Below, one piece after another: positions 49,235 through 61,049 of a stretch of 64,000 nucleotides of DNA (position 1 is the first letter of the stretch; each line of letters starts with the position of its first letter). A program made the translations under genes and the position numbers. This DNA is from Styela clava (lineage: Eukaryota): positions 1,426,001 to 1,490,000 of the forward strand of contig NC_135254.1 of assembly GCF_964204865.1 (NCBI RefSeq). Direction: 5' to 3'. The notes under the pieces are model-generated. The model did no database searches. It was not told the DNA's origin and worked only from the letters and a program-made list of their open reading frames with translations.

Positions 49235-49445
49235 AGTACTTCCGAAGTATGTGAACCAATATGGCGGACACCGGAACACAGTATGTGTACCAGGTTAGGT
49301 CATAATTTCAGGTGCAAATAATACGGGAGTCGCTTGGCTAGCCCCCGAACTAATTTTGGAATGAAATTATGGTCCAACCCTAACCTGGTATACCACGTTC
49401 CGGTGTCCGCCATCTTGGTTCACATACTTCATAGTACAGGAGTAA
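49235..49445. mobile_element. Palindromic GGTTAGG-family MITE private to copy B, ~160 bp upstream of the NLR-B ATG
   Basis: Inverted arms GAAGTATGTGAACCAATATGGCGGACACCGGAAC / GTTCCGGTGTCCGCCATCTTGGTTCACATACTTC; absent from the matching copy A region. Confidence 0.8.
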
Positions 49446-49602
49446 ATTGGTTCTACTGCAGCGATTCAGGTTGTAATTACCTCTTAGTAGTTGAAGCTAA
49501 CGAAGTGCTCAACCCAACATTCACTCTTTCTTGTTCCTCTCAATACAATAGAGTATTTTGCAATACAGAAATAGTATAGAAGTATCTCCAATTATCGGAA
49601 AC

Positions 49603-52600
49603 ATGAGTGACCGACTAGAAGATGTAATCAGAGGATGTGTGAGACAATTTGCCTCAACTGTTGATTTCAAAACCTTCGCACAATCTGGGAACGGACTCTC
49701 ACTCAGTGTGCAAGATGTCACTATGGTCATTGAAAACCACAGATTCTCTGTTGAAGAACAGAAGAACAAATTGTTCTGGCTTTGGGTTAATAGAAACCAA
49801 CCGAATGTAACTGTACAAAGGATAAGAAATCTTGTTACGCAATACTATGCGCTGGAACAACAAGGCGCTGCCGCTCCTATTGAAAGGCTTGAAGATGTTT
49901 TTCAAGATGTTGCAAAACGATTTTCATCCAAGGAATTCGAGCAGTTTGCGCAGTTTGCAAGATCAGGGCAGGGATTATCTCTTGGAGCACATGAAATAGA
50001 CGAGGTCATGGAAGATTATAAATATACAAGAGAGCGCAAACTTAAATTACTGTGGAAATGGAGGTATTCTAAGTATCCGAATACTAACAATGCAGCAGTG
50101 ATAGAAAGAATAAGAGCAGTGGTTGGACTTTATGTTCAAGATGCAAATCAAGTAGAGGAAGAGCAGATCATTCAGGAAGATGGAGACAGAATGTTGGAAT
50201 CATTCAAAAAACTTTCTGTGAAACCAACTCTACCAACTGAAGTTTCAGAAGAAAAAGAATTTCTTGAAGTCGTGAAAAATTATACAAAGCAGATGTTGGA
50301 ATCTAGATTGAAATCCGCCAGTGAAAAAACAAAAATGGATGATTTTATACTTCCCAGGGTTACCGAGTTCAAGGAATCCAACAAACAGAGTAGTTTGCAA
50401 TCAGTGGATATCAGGAAGATTCATTATGATAACTTAGTCAACCGTGTGATGTTGCTAGGAGACACAGGCTCTGGAAAAACAACATTTTCAATGAAATATG
50501 CATTGTCAGCGCTGGAAAAAAGTTTAAATTTTTCGGACGAAATTAAGATGGTCTATTTTGTGGATGTTTCTAATTTACAAGCGGATTCTAAATCAACCGC
50601 TTTTGATCTTTTATTCGTTCAACAACTTGGATCGAAACTTCCTGAGCATCTCCATCGTGTTGGACAAAAGTGGTTGAAACTGAATTCAAAACATATTCTG
50701 CTTGTAGTTGATGGGTTAGACCAAAGTCTGAAGCCTTTTGCAAATAATTATGGAAGAATTGGAGTGGACACTCTAGCGGAAACCAACACTATTCTTGCTA
50801 ATATTTTATCCGGCCACATATATCCAGGAATGAAGATTTTGTCAACGACTCATTGGAATGTTTATTGGAAGTTGCCTTCAGATCTCAAGGCCACCTTGAA
50901 TCTCACCTTAGGGGGATGGGATGATGAAACACTGAAACTTCTTGCTGGAAAGTTATTTAGTCCTGAAGCAAGAAAAATATTTGATGATTTGAGACGTAAA
51001 GCACCAGGTTTTGTTTCAAACCCGATGTTTTTTTTCTACTTGGTTCGAGTTTTGGAAGATTTCCAAGAAAGCGATGTTGATACTTTAACAAATCTGATGG
51101 TTTCTGTTTTGAAACTTTTTACAGGATCTCGTCAGGGACAAAATGTTGAAAGTCTGTTATTGGAACTCATGAAGTTGGCTTACCACGGAATGATAGAGAA
51201 TCGATTTGTTTTCACTGCAAGCTATATTAGATCCCTAAAGTTGAATATGACTGACATGCGTGGTCTTGTTGAGATGGATGCTGACACTCGAGTTGTTGAG
51301 TATGTTGCGGGTGACGACGACATGAGGTTACGGTTTCCACACCAGAGTATAGGAGAGATTCTTGCTGCCCTGTATGCCTGTACTCTTGATTTGGATGAAT
51401 TCAAGAAGCTTATAGAGAATTATTATGAGAAATCAGGAATGGAAGTCGTTATAAAACATACTTTTGGAATTATTCTCAACAAATCAACTTCAGAAAAAGC
51501 AGCAAAATATCTTCCTGATAACATGCATATCAAGTCTGAATACCTGATGGGCTACTTGGATAAATTATTGAAAGGAATAGTCATTTCAGATAGACGAGTC
51601 GTGACTTTATTACATGAATGTGGTTCTGATGTGATCAAGAAAGTTTGCTCACAAATAAAAAAGATGGATTTGATGTCAGTCCAACCTGGAGAACAGCATG
51701 CAGTGATGTCTGTTGCTGAGCATAGTCCTTCACTTCATACTTTGAAATTATTCTGCTTGTTTGTACATCCTGGAAATTATTATTTCTTGCAACATGTTCT
51801 TGGTTCTGTGCAGAATATTTATGCGGATTACTTCTATCTTAGCAATTGTGACTCTGATGCTGAGAATCTTCGAATCCTGAATGAAGCCGTGATGAAGGGA
51901 AACCTTAAGATTAAGTGGAGCCTCGTAATAAGAGAAAGTCCAGCACTTGAACCACTTGGTTATTATTATCTAATTGGAATGGTTTGTCATGGTAGGCTTA
52001 AACTGAGTAGCTGTGGCCTGAATGCAGAGAAAATAAGCAAGATGAATCAAGCGGTCATTGAATATGGTGTCAAGTTGTTTTCATTGAATATTGAAAAGGA
52101 TCCTAACATGAATGCAGAAGCATTTCAACAATTGCCTCAATTATTAGGGAATGCAAAGACTAATAATCTCACACTGAATGACTGTGGCCTGAATGCAGAG
52201 AAAATAAGTAAGATGAATCAAGCCGTCATTGAATATGGTGTCAAGTTGTTTTCATTGAATATTGAAAAGGATCCTAACATGAATGCAGAAGCATTTCAAC
52301 AATTGCCTCAATTATTAGGGAATTCGAAGACTAATAATCTCACACTGAATGACTGTGGCCTGAATGCAGAGAAAATAAGTAAGATGAATCAAGCCGTCAT
52401 TGAATATGGTGTCAAGTTGGACTCATTGAGGATTGGTGAGAATCCTAACATGGATGCAGAAGCATTTCAACAACTGGCAAAGTTGCTGAAAAATACTGAA
52501 GGAAAGTTTCTGTCTGCACAACATTGCACTCCAACAACTGAGCAGTTATCAGCTCTTTGTTCAAGTTTAGAAAATGAAGATGTCGAGTTGTCTCGCTTAA

Positions 52601-52722
52601 ACCTGGGAAGATCAACTACAGAATCCCTCACTGATGATGAACTGATGATTGTTTCTAGATTGGTTCAGAGGGCGAGAAAGCTCGAGTTCTTTTGTCAAGA
52701 GTTGTCCGAGTCAAAGATGTAA
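49603..52722 (+). CDS. NLR-B: tandem Death-like domains + NACHT + LRR, 1039 aa, with a late premature stop
   Basis: Paralog of NLR-A with the same Walker A/B and three 171-bp LRR units (CGLNAEK codons start 52012, 52183, 52354). TAA at 52720 replaces GAA of copy A, and the homologous frame continues 33 codons to TAG at 52822-52824. Confidence 0.9.
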   Translation: MSDRLEDVIRGCVRQFASTVDFKTFAQSGNGLSLSVQDVTMVIENHRFSVEEQKNKLFWLWVNRNQPNVTVQRIRNLVTQYYALEQQGAAAPIERLEDVFQDVAKRFSSKEFEQFAQFARSGQGLSLGAHEIDEVMEDYKYTRERKLKLLWKWRYSKYPNTNNAAVIERIRAVVGLYVQDANQVEEEQIIQEDGDRMLESFKKLSVKPTLPTEVSEEKEFLEVVKNYTKQMLESRLKSASEKTKMDDFILPRVTEFKESNKQSSLQSVDIRKIHYDNLVNRVMLLGDTGSGKTTFSMKYALSALEKSLNFSDEIKMVYFVDVSNLQADSKSTAFDLLFVQQLGSKLPEHLHRVGQKWLKLNSKHILLVVDGLDQSLKPFANNYGRIGVDTLAETNTILANILSGHIYPGMKILSTTHWNVYWKLPSDLKATLNLTLGGWDDETLKLLAGKLFSPEARKIFDDLRRKAPGFVSNPMFFFYLVRVLEDFQESDVDTLTNLMVSVLKLFTGSRQGQNVESLLLELMKLAYHGMIENRFVFTASYIRSLKLNMTDMRGLVEMDADTRVVEYVAGDDDMRLRFPHQSIGEILAALYACTLDLDEFKKLIENYYEKSGMEVVIKHTFGIILNKSTSEKAAKYLPDNMHIKSEYLMGYLDKLLKGIVISDRRVVTLLHECGSDVIKKVCSQIKKMDLMSVQPGEQHAVMSVAEHSPSLHTLKLFCLFVHPGNYYFLQHVLGSVQNIYADYFYLSNCDSDAENLRILNEAVMKGNLKIKWSLVIRESPALEPLGYYYLIGMVCHGRLKLSSCGLNAEKISKMNQAVIEYGVKLFSLNIEKDPNMNAEAFQQLPQLLGNAKTNNLTLNDCGLNAEKISKMNQAVIEYGVKLFSLNIEKDPNMNAEAFQQLPQLLGNSKTNNLTLNDCGLNAEKISKMNQAVIEYGVKLDSLRIGENPNMDAEAFQQLAKLLKNTEGKFLSAQHCTPTTEQLSALCSSLENEDVELSRLNLGRSTTESLTDDELMIVSRLVQRARKLEFFCQELSESKM

Positions 52723-53128
52723 TTTCTGAGGAAGGAAACTGTGAGACTTTGTCCAAGTGTAGGGATAGAGTGTGAATCATGTCGTTTCGGTATAAGAAAT
52801 TCAATTGTGGCCCCGGCTCAATAGAATTAACTATTTGTTCAAGATATTTTGAAAAATTTCAGAACGAGTTTCCAATCATGAAGCATCCAAAGATACTTTA
52901 CAAATACCCAACCTATTTCCAATTAACCCAAAACCACGAAATACTGTTGAATACCAGGCAAATCTGCATTTCATTTCTACACTTTAAATCAAGTAATTGG
53001 ACTAATATTACTACTTACCGGTACATTTTCATTCTGAAATAGTGCGATAATTAGATTTTCTTTTTGAAGCTTTCTATTCTATATATTTTGACTCTCACTT
53101 GATAGAACAGCCACTTGGATGTGCTTAA

Positions 53129-53834
53129 CTCTTTTGTTCCGTATAACTTATATATTCGTATTACCATCCTTGGTCATAATAGTTATTTTCGGACTATTTT
53201 ACGTTTATGTTCATGTTTTGTGAAGTATTCCGCACTAACTAAATCATTTTGAGCATCCAACTATGATCCGTGCTTGATCTGTCAACATTTTGTTTTTTTT
53301 GTAAATTTTTTATTTTACTACTAAGTGAATTTTATTTGTGTAGGTATTTCAAAGGTTAGAGATACACGAAAGTATTTGTCATTACTTCAAAAATAAGTCA
53401 TTTGAACGAGCGGGAAACAATTTCGCGCACATAATAAACAAACAAAGATTCCAGACAACTATCGTGGACATGCTCTCACATATCATTGATTATTTCGCGT
53501 TTCGCTTCGCTTGCGAAGCTGAGTCTGGTTTTTCTTCAAAGGTGACGTAACTCTCTTTCAGAAGAGCGCTTGGAATTTCGTTTCTTTGTAACACGTGTTC
53601 ATCGAAGCGATAAGAGTGTGAAACGTTCTCTCAAAAATTTTTGAAATTTCTCTCTTCTTACACGCGTAGGGTCGAACGGTTTCGCCTACGTCACTTGGGC
53701 GCGTTTTAGTAGGAAGACGCGAAAATAAGCTTTTTAAAGAGATATTGGGGGTGTTCCTTGTACGTTTGGTTAACTGGTCATTACATATTATAAAATGGTA
53801 CATAAAGTCGATTGTATACAGCGGAAAAAAAGGG
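53129..53834. mobile_element. piggyBac-like non-autonomous element private to copy B
   Basis: TTAA on both sides; imperfect TIR CTCTTTTGTTCCG / CGGAAAAAAAGGG; absent in copy A. Confidence 0.7.
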
Positions 53835-55053
53835 TTAACCTCAAATTAAACTGAAAATTACTGAAATCCTTAATTACTGTAGCAAGATATTTTCAGTGTG
53901 TGTTTGTAATCTTCAAATGTTTTTATTAAGTAGGCTTTGTAATTTTCATGTAACTGATTAATAAGGTAAAATTAAATTTCATATCTTTATCCTGTATTAA
54001 TTTTTGAGTTCCATTATATACATAATCTAGCATGTTACTCGCTGTTCTATTCGAAATATATATATCAATTCTTATTACCGTGGTCATTTTAAATTGTATA
54101 GTAGGTTTTGTAATATTTATGCTCTTGATTTATGAAACTGTTTTATGGGGTAAAATCAAATTTATTATCTTCGGCCTGTAATGATTTTTTATCCTCAATA
54201 TATACCCAATCTAACATGGTACTCCCTATTCCATTCAATATGTTCCAATTCTTATATCCTCAATTACTGTGGTAATTTTAAATTGTATTCATAATGTTCA
54301 AATATTTAAATTTTTATGCAACTGTTTTATGAGGTGAAATTAAATTTATCATCATTTTCCTGTAATACTTTTTGATCCCTAATGCAACCAATATGTCACA
54401 ATTCTATTTTTAACCACTGTTTTTTGTTGATGAAGCATATCCCCCATATTCATGATGCCACATAACTCTTGTATAATTTAACATATCCTATACATTTTTT
54501 TATTGCTGTAAATATTGACTAATCTGTGTGTTCTTGTGATTTTAGCCTTAGCTTACTGTAGGCAATAATATATTAAGCCATGTTTCTACAAGAGCATTTT
54601 GGGATTCATAACTCATATAGAGATGTAACCTGGATATACTGGGAGTAGCTGTACCTGGGTATACTGTTCCTATTGAGAGTAGCTGAACAGTCCGATGAAT
54701 GAAACGAGTAAGTCTTGAATGTTTTTTATATTCAACTTTTTAATGAATTTCCAAATTTCCAGTCAAATTTTCTTTGAATAGAAACTGGTTTCGTAAAGAG
54801 TTAAAAACATAGTAAATGCTCGTAGAGGGAGAATGTTCAATAAGTGGTCACATTTGGGCACAAAACTCTGTATTCTAAATGGTATTTAATTTGAAGGTGT
54901 TTTTCTGGAGGGAATATCGTTTTTCCTTTTTTTCTGCTCAGCCATATATATTTAAGAGTCTATTCGATATTGCGGAAATGGCATAATACGAATGTTGTCC
55001 TATTTGATATTGGCTCAGCGTAAAATAGAGATAAAACTGCACTTAATAATAAC

Positions 55054-56027
55054 TAGGGCTGTCCAAAATCGAATCTTTTTTTGATTCGAATCGAATATTT
55101 TTCTCGAATCGAACCGAATAATCGAATATTGTTGCGCAATCCCATATTTGTCTCTATTGTACAATAAAAACTTCCTCTTCGATATTGTGATAACTTATGT
55201 GCAGTTATATCTAAATTATTGCTAATATTTTGCATAGTAACTCCAAAGTTATAAAAGGAGATCACAAGCCTTCTTGAACTGGTCAAAAAATTAGGGTTTT
55301 GAAAACTATCAAGTTTTAAGAGTTGGAAATTGCACAGACTCTTTTAATGGATTCAGTTTCAATAGGGCAATGAAAGACCGTAGCTACCTATTATTATTAG
55401 TATTATTAACTCGAGATTTTTTATATAATTTTCAGTAAAATGATAAACAACTATTAGATATAACTGTAGCCCAAAAAATTTAAAATTGAATTTTGGGAAC
55501 TCACAAATTCAGAGCTTGTTTGATGACATTATTTGTTGATGACCATATTATTGCTGTACAACAGCCATCAACATGCAAGAGTGCAATTATTTGTCATAGT
55601 AATAAATGGATGATCAAAGTATTGCCATTAGAAGAAATTCTATTGAAAAAAGGGATTGGACCTCCAAAACATGTTTCAGTCCTGCACCATGTTCCTATGA
55701 TTACTGACTCAACAGCTACAAATCGATTCTATTTATAGAACTGTCGTTTTTGCTGACACTAAATTTGCCTTTTTCTCCTTGTGTTCTCTCAAAAAGCGTA
55801 ATCTTTGAATCTTTGTTACCGATAACTTTTCATTCATGACCATGCATGAAATGGATAATTACATGTCACCGGGCAATAGGAGACACTTTTTTAAAGCAAA
55901 GAAAGCGATAGAAACATTGTTTTTGCTTGCTCGGTGAAAAAAGCAGTGCAAAGGTGGTCGTGAGGCACATTATGTATCAAATTTTAGCGATTCGATTTCG
56001 AATATTCGGTTCGCTTGGACAGCCCTA
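55054..56027. mobile_element. hAT-type MITE
   Basis: TIR TAGGGCTGTCCAA/TTGGACAGCCCTA; TSD ATAATAAC/ATAATGAC; termini related to 27540-29851. Confidence 0.88.
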
Positions 56028-58568
56028 ATAATGACCAATATTTTTCATGTTTTACTTTTGAATAAAAAATCCTTCTCAAAATTTGAAATTCATCCTCACT
56101 CTCACTGTCAAACTGCTGTCCCTTTAGTGCGATCAGAGTTATGCGTGTATAAACCGACTCTTAGCTTGGGAACTTTTTATTTTGAGTTTTAAATCGGCTT
56201 ATTTGCGATGATATACAGTATACGCTTTTGACCCCCAAACAAGGCTGGGAGTAAATTTCCTTTGTCTCCTCAGCATTATTTAAATGTCCATAACTAATGA
56301 TCATGGCAAACTAAAAACACAATCTCTCAATTTTTTTAATTACTCGTATGAAAATGAGAAGGAATTATTTAGTGCTTGTAACAGGAGCCAATTCTTTATC
56401 CCCCCTTCCCCCCACATCAAATAAAAATTTCTTTCCTGCTCAGAAGATCTCGCCAGACATGCTGGAGGATGACAATTTCTTTGACCTTATCACAAGACTT
56501 CAAGGTCGTAGGATGGATGATCAACGATGTGAAATGAGAGACGACCAATATGAGTTACCTGCGTTTTTAAGACCTAACCCCCCAGACCCTCCCTCAAATC
56601 ATCACCCTGCAGAGAATGGGGCAATGGGGGGATGATAACCCATTGGAAATGATGGGGGTGAGTATTCTTTTATTATTTTTTTTGAAAAACTGAGAAACAG
56701 TCATTTTCGTGGGCATGTTCACAACAACATTGCTATCGTTGATAAATAAAGCACAGTCAGTGTTATGAATATACCTGGTGGCAATCATACAGTGTTTTGT
56801 TACTATGTTGTTCTTTTTTTCATGTTGGTATAGTTGTTAATTGTTTCGAAATTTTCAGTGGTTAAAGGTTGTATTTTTCACTAAGCGGATATTTTATTTA
56901 TTTCAAAAACTCTCTGGGATTCGTTTTTCATTATGACATTTTGAGAGGTCATGTCGTCGAAATTAATATTTACGCACCTTGTTGGGGTTCTGCATTCACA
57001 TTTGTTACATCCTGGTGGTCAGTCGAAGTCGTGAAGACTGCAGTGCCGGTATTTTTTGCTAGAATGCTATTACTTGTATTTGTTCCTGAATTTTTCTGTG
57101 AGATTTGATATTTCATCTAAAATCCGCTATAGTTTTTATTTATGGGAACATGTTTTTATGACATCGTGATGACTGCCTTCCTCGTTTTTATGACATCGTG
57201 ACAGCGGGTAACATAGTATACTGTAATAGATTGCTACACTCGTACTACTTTGTTTATGTCTTTGTGTCCAAATGTTTGAGCATCGTTCTCTTATTCTCTT
57301 AGACGGTCAACATCAGCAAATTTCAACAATGATGAATATGTTAGCAAACTCGCAATCTAAACGCATGGATGGGCAAAGGGTGAGTCTCTCTGGACTTCCT
57401 GGGTTAAGGGTCAACGATGGGGTCAATGGCGAAGGAGCGTCAATCTGCAACAACCAGATGGCGCTGCAGCTCCCTTACCAGGTATAGTGTTTTTTTATAC
57501 AACACATATTCACATCTTCCACTCTGAATTAGATCCTAAACAAGCAAATATGAGTCTCCTTTTTTTCTGAAAAAGTGCACATAGCCTCGGATTTAGCTGA
57601 TATCATTACAATGCTCGTCCATAACTGTTTTAGGCAAGTGTGCATCACGCACCACTATCAGTCTTTAGAATAGGATTTTACAAATTTATCTCAGGGAGAG
57701 GAAAGCCGATAATGTGGATTAATCATATGGTGAACCACGGATTCTCATCAGGTTATCATTCCAGGTCAGGTATGGAATTGTTTAGCCAGTTATTTGTTCC
57801 AGAAGCATGGACTTGATGGTGAAGGAAGCGTTACGTGAACCACCCTAAGATGGTGGGAAGTCCAGTAATCCTCTCGCACATAATTAATCCAGCGTGGGAT
57901 TCGAAGGGTATCTTGGCAGCGTAATCAGAGGTGCAGTAACAAGCGTATTTCTAACGCTTAGCAGCAGTGCCAAAACCGGCTGAATTTAAAGGGAAAATTT
58001 TTTTGTAGCTATATGTCATGAAAAAGAGTTGAATAAATAATTGAAGAGTTGAATAAATGATAATAAATAACGGATTGTTAACAAACGATAATGAATAAAC
58101 GGATAATAAACCTAGTTTTCATCACATAATTTAGAGTCTTGATAGTTTTGATTCGAAGGAGAATGATCTCGATTCCAAGGTCTCGTGTGCCGAACAAATG
58201 GGTTGCCCACCCCTGGTCTATGCAATCAAGTAGCACTTTGCCATTTCAGGGGTTGCTTGTAACTTCGTTCAGTTATTTCCGAGCGAGTAAAAGTGACCTC
58301 TCTTAGAGAAATTTCCCTAAAAAAATCAAAGTTTTCCGTTGTTTTCATTCTTCCTTTTCAGTAGCTCTTCGACCAAGACTGGAAAACGGTGGAATACCAG
58401 GAAATGAAAACAGACATTCACTCGATGACACATTTTTTAACGCTCTCATGAGATGCCAGGTGAGTGTTTTGTGAGGAGAGTTTACAATATCACTCTGACA
58501 AAGACGTAAGAGGAGCCTACTATACTCATCAGTAGGGCTACCATTTCTAATCAATTAATAAATTATTA

Positions 58569-58785
58569 GGTACTCCTGTAGTATGTGAACCGACATGGCG
58601 GACATCGGAACGTAGTATGTGTATCAGGTTAGGGTTAGGACATAATTTTATTCCAGTTTTCTTTATTTTAGTTCTATTACGAGTTCGGGGACTAGCCAAG
58701 TTATGAAATTAAGGCCTAATCCTAACCTGGTACACATACTACGTTCCAGTGTCCGCCATCTTGGTTTACATACTTCGGGAGTACC
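58569..58785. mobile_element. Palindromic MITE with TTAGGG-like core
   Basis: ~85-bp inverted arms GGTACTCC...GGTTAGGGTTAGG / CCTAATCCTAACC...GGAGTACC. Confidence 0.85.
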
Positions 58786-59146
58786 AATTATACGCATTGG
58801 TTTAGACGGCAGCCATCTTGTTTTTGTCCGCCCGCAGGTCGAGATGAATCCCTCATGTTTTTTCATTCATGTCAAATTTTAAAATGCAATTCTGTCATAT
58901 GAGTGAGTTATTGATGAAACATATTTCTTATTGTGTGTGAACTGTCCAGGTGATAGATTACGTGTTTTCAGTTATGTGGACCCATAACAATATAACAGCC
59001 ACATACAACTACATGTATTCCAAGTATTCGAGATTCGAAAAAATGTTTGATTTGATTCTGAAATCATCAGATATTCGAAAATGCCCAGTTCTACTCATGA
59101 GTGAGTGCAAGTCACCTTGATTTGAGCAAAAAAAAAAAATAGGTAT

Positions 59147-59340
59147 GGTACTCTTGTAGTGTGTGAACCAAGATGGCGGACACGGGAACGTAGTATGTGT
59201 ACCGGTTTAGGATTAGGCCATAATATCAGATACAGATTTAAAATAAGGAAAATTGGAATAAAAATATGGCCTAACCCTAACCTGGCACACTTACTACGTC
59301 CCGGTGTTCGCCATCTTGGTTCACATACTACGGGAGTACC
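59147..59340. mobile_element. Palindromic MITE, same family
   Basis: GGTACTCTTGTAGTGTGTGAACCAAGATGGCG / CGCCATCTTGGTTCACATACTACGGGAGTACC. Confidence 0.85.
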
Positions 59341-61049
59341 CAAAAATCTATTCTATAAGGCTACAATTTTTTATCAGAACCTGATCAAAATAAATATTTA
59401 GACCCAATTTTTTTTTGTTTGTTTCAGAGCACGAAGTAAAATGACCAGCGCTCGTCACCTCCCATATTCGACGCTCCGGTGCTGCTAACACCCACTATCC
59501 CAGACGAAGATTGATTGTTCGAATGCAATCGTCAAGAATTGAGGACCAGCGCTGCCGTTTTGGTCCCAAATGGGAATCCCCTCATAATGTGGAACCCGAT
59601 AATGACGACATATCACAGTAAATGTGGGACATATTCCGATGCCCACTGTGGCACTAAATGGTTGTTGTAAATCTGTTCTGTGGCATTTTTGTGATGCCTT
59701 GTTTTTTACTCAGTGGCATCAGATATGTGCCATGCCACTTGTCATGCCGCACCTCACATCTTGCCGTGTTTTATTACATGAGAGCCATGGCACCTACCAA
59801 ACGGCATAGAATAGCCACCATTGTTTTGCTCATTGTGTTTTAAAACAATGACGTTTTATAAAAATTGTGGCATCAAAAGTGTACTAATGCCATGTAACAT
59901 GGTTCCTGTGTTTCAGGCAGTGGCATCAAAACAAACCATGCCACCTACTAGCGTGGCATGGAGAGAATTATTTTCATTGGAAAGACACACACTGCCCTGA
60001 GACTTTGGAGACACTGAGGCTTTCAATAATGCCTTGAAATCAATTTGATGCCCAATTTAAATGCCATGCTGCCATAGTAAATATCATCCAACTATGGGTT
60101 TAGGGATTGACCTCCCATTTTCTTTGTCATGGTTAAGATGCCGCTAACTTCCTGTGCCACCATTATAGATGTTTTTGCTGCCATGTAGTAATTTTATTTC
60201 TAATTATGTCACGCTTGAGCTAACATTGTGCAGTTGTAGAAATGAAATATTGATTATGCATCATAAATACAGTGCTTGAAATAAGCCATTAATTGTGAAG
60301 TAACCAACTTTGGTCAGGCCTCTGAAGTAGGAAGAAATTTACGCACTGACTTGAAAAAATATTTCGCATGTATGTATAGTTATTAGCCTCAAAATTTGAA
60401 AGCGCCCGCATGATTAAATAAAGATTAACAAGGCCTTAACTGGCCTAAGACACAGTTGTCTGACATCTATTCTTCACTAACAGAACAACAGTTAAAGACT
60501 ACCATGTTGAAATAGGACAATACACATGGAAATATAGAAGTAAAACTCAAGCGCAGTGGTTCCCAAGTGGGGGCCCCGTAACCCCCCAAAGGGGCCACAA
60601 AGCAATTGTGGGGGGGCCACAACGTTAGGCTCAAAATGATCTTCTTTCAATATCAATAAAACAAAAATCGCAAAAAATTCTTAATACGTTTAATATCATG
60701 AAAAAAAAACTTGCCAAACTCTGAAAATTTAGGATGTGCTCCCAACACGAACTCTAAAAAAAAAAGGAGTTTTGGACTACAAAAACTTCTGGCATGTTCA
60801 GGCCTCAAAGCGCTCCGAATATCTACTTCCAGAGCCATAAAGTGGAGGGTTTCAAAATATCGAACATCAATGAAATCGTGTCAAACTCTCACCCTACAGG
60901 CTGGCCTTCATTACTAACATCGATGAAAAAATTTAATAATCAAAATCTACAACTCTTCTACACATTAGCTGCTTTAATAGTTTTTTGTTTCAACTTTGTG
61001 TCTGTTTATCAAGTTTAGTTTATTTCAGTACGATTTCTTTGAATAATCA

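Larger units (their letters stand above)
46665..56820 (+). repeat. Segmental duplication copy B (NLR + GoLoco exon cassette)
   Basis: Colinear with 1-9270; differs by indels and private transposon insertions. Confidence 0.93.
56444..59621 (+). pseudogene. GPSM1/GPSM2: GPSM1/2 (AGS3/LGN/Pins)-like 3' half: four exons encoding four GoLoco motifs, disrupted
   Basis: Exons 56444-56657 (FFDLITRLQGRRMDDQR), 57303-57481 (MLANSQSKRMDGQRVSLSGLPGLR), 58362-58458 (DDTFFNALMRCQ) and 59428-59621 (STK*NDQRSSPP...PTIPDED/LIVRMQSSRIEDQRC). All AG-GT bounded; stop at 59437 and frameshift near 59511. No TPR exons recognised in the window. Confidence 0.85.

Noticed and set aside
58620-58730. Telomere or interstitial telomeric array
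   Set aside because: Only about two TTAGGG units are present, embedded in MITE arms.
56348-59621. Intact functional GPSM gene
   Set aside because: It has in-frame stops and frameshifts, and no TPR-coding exons were found in the window.
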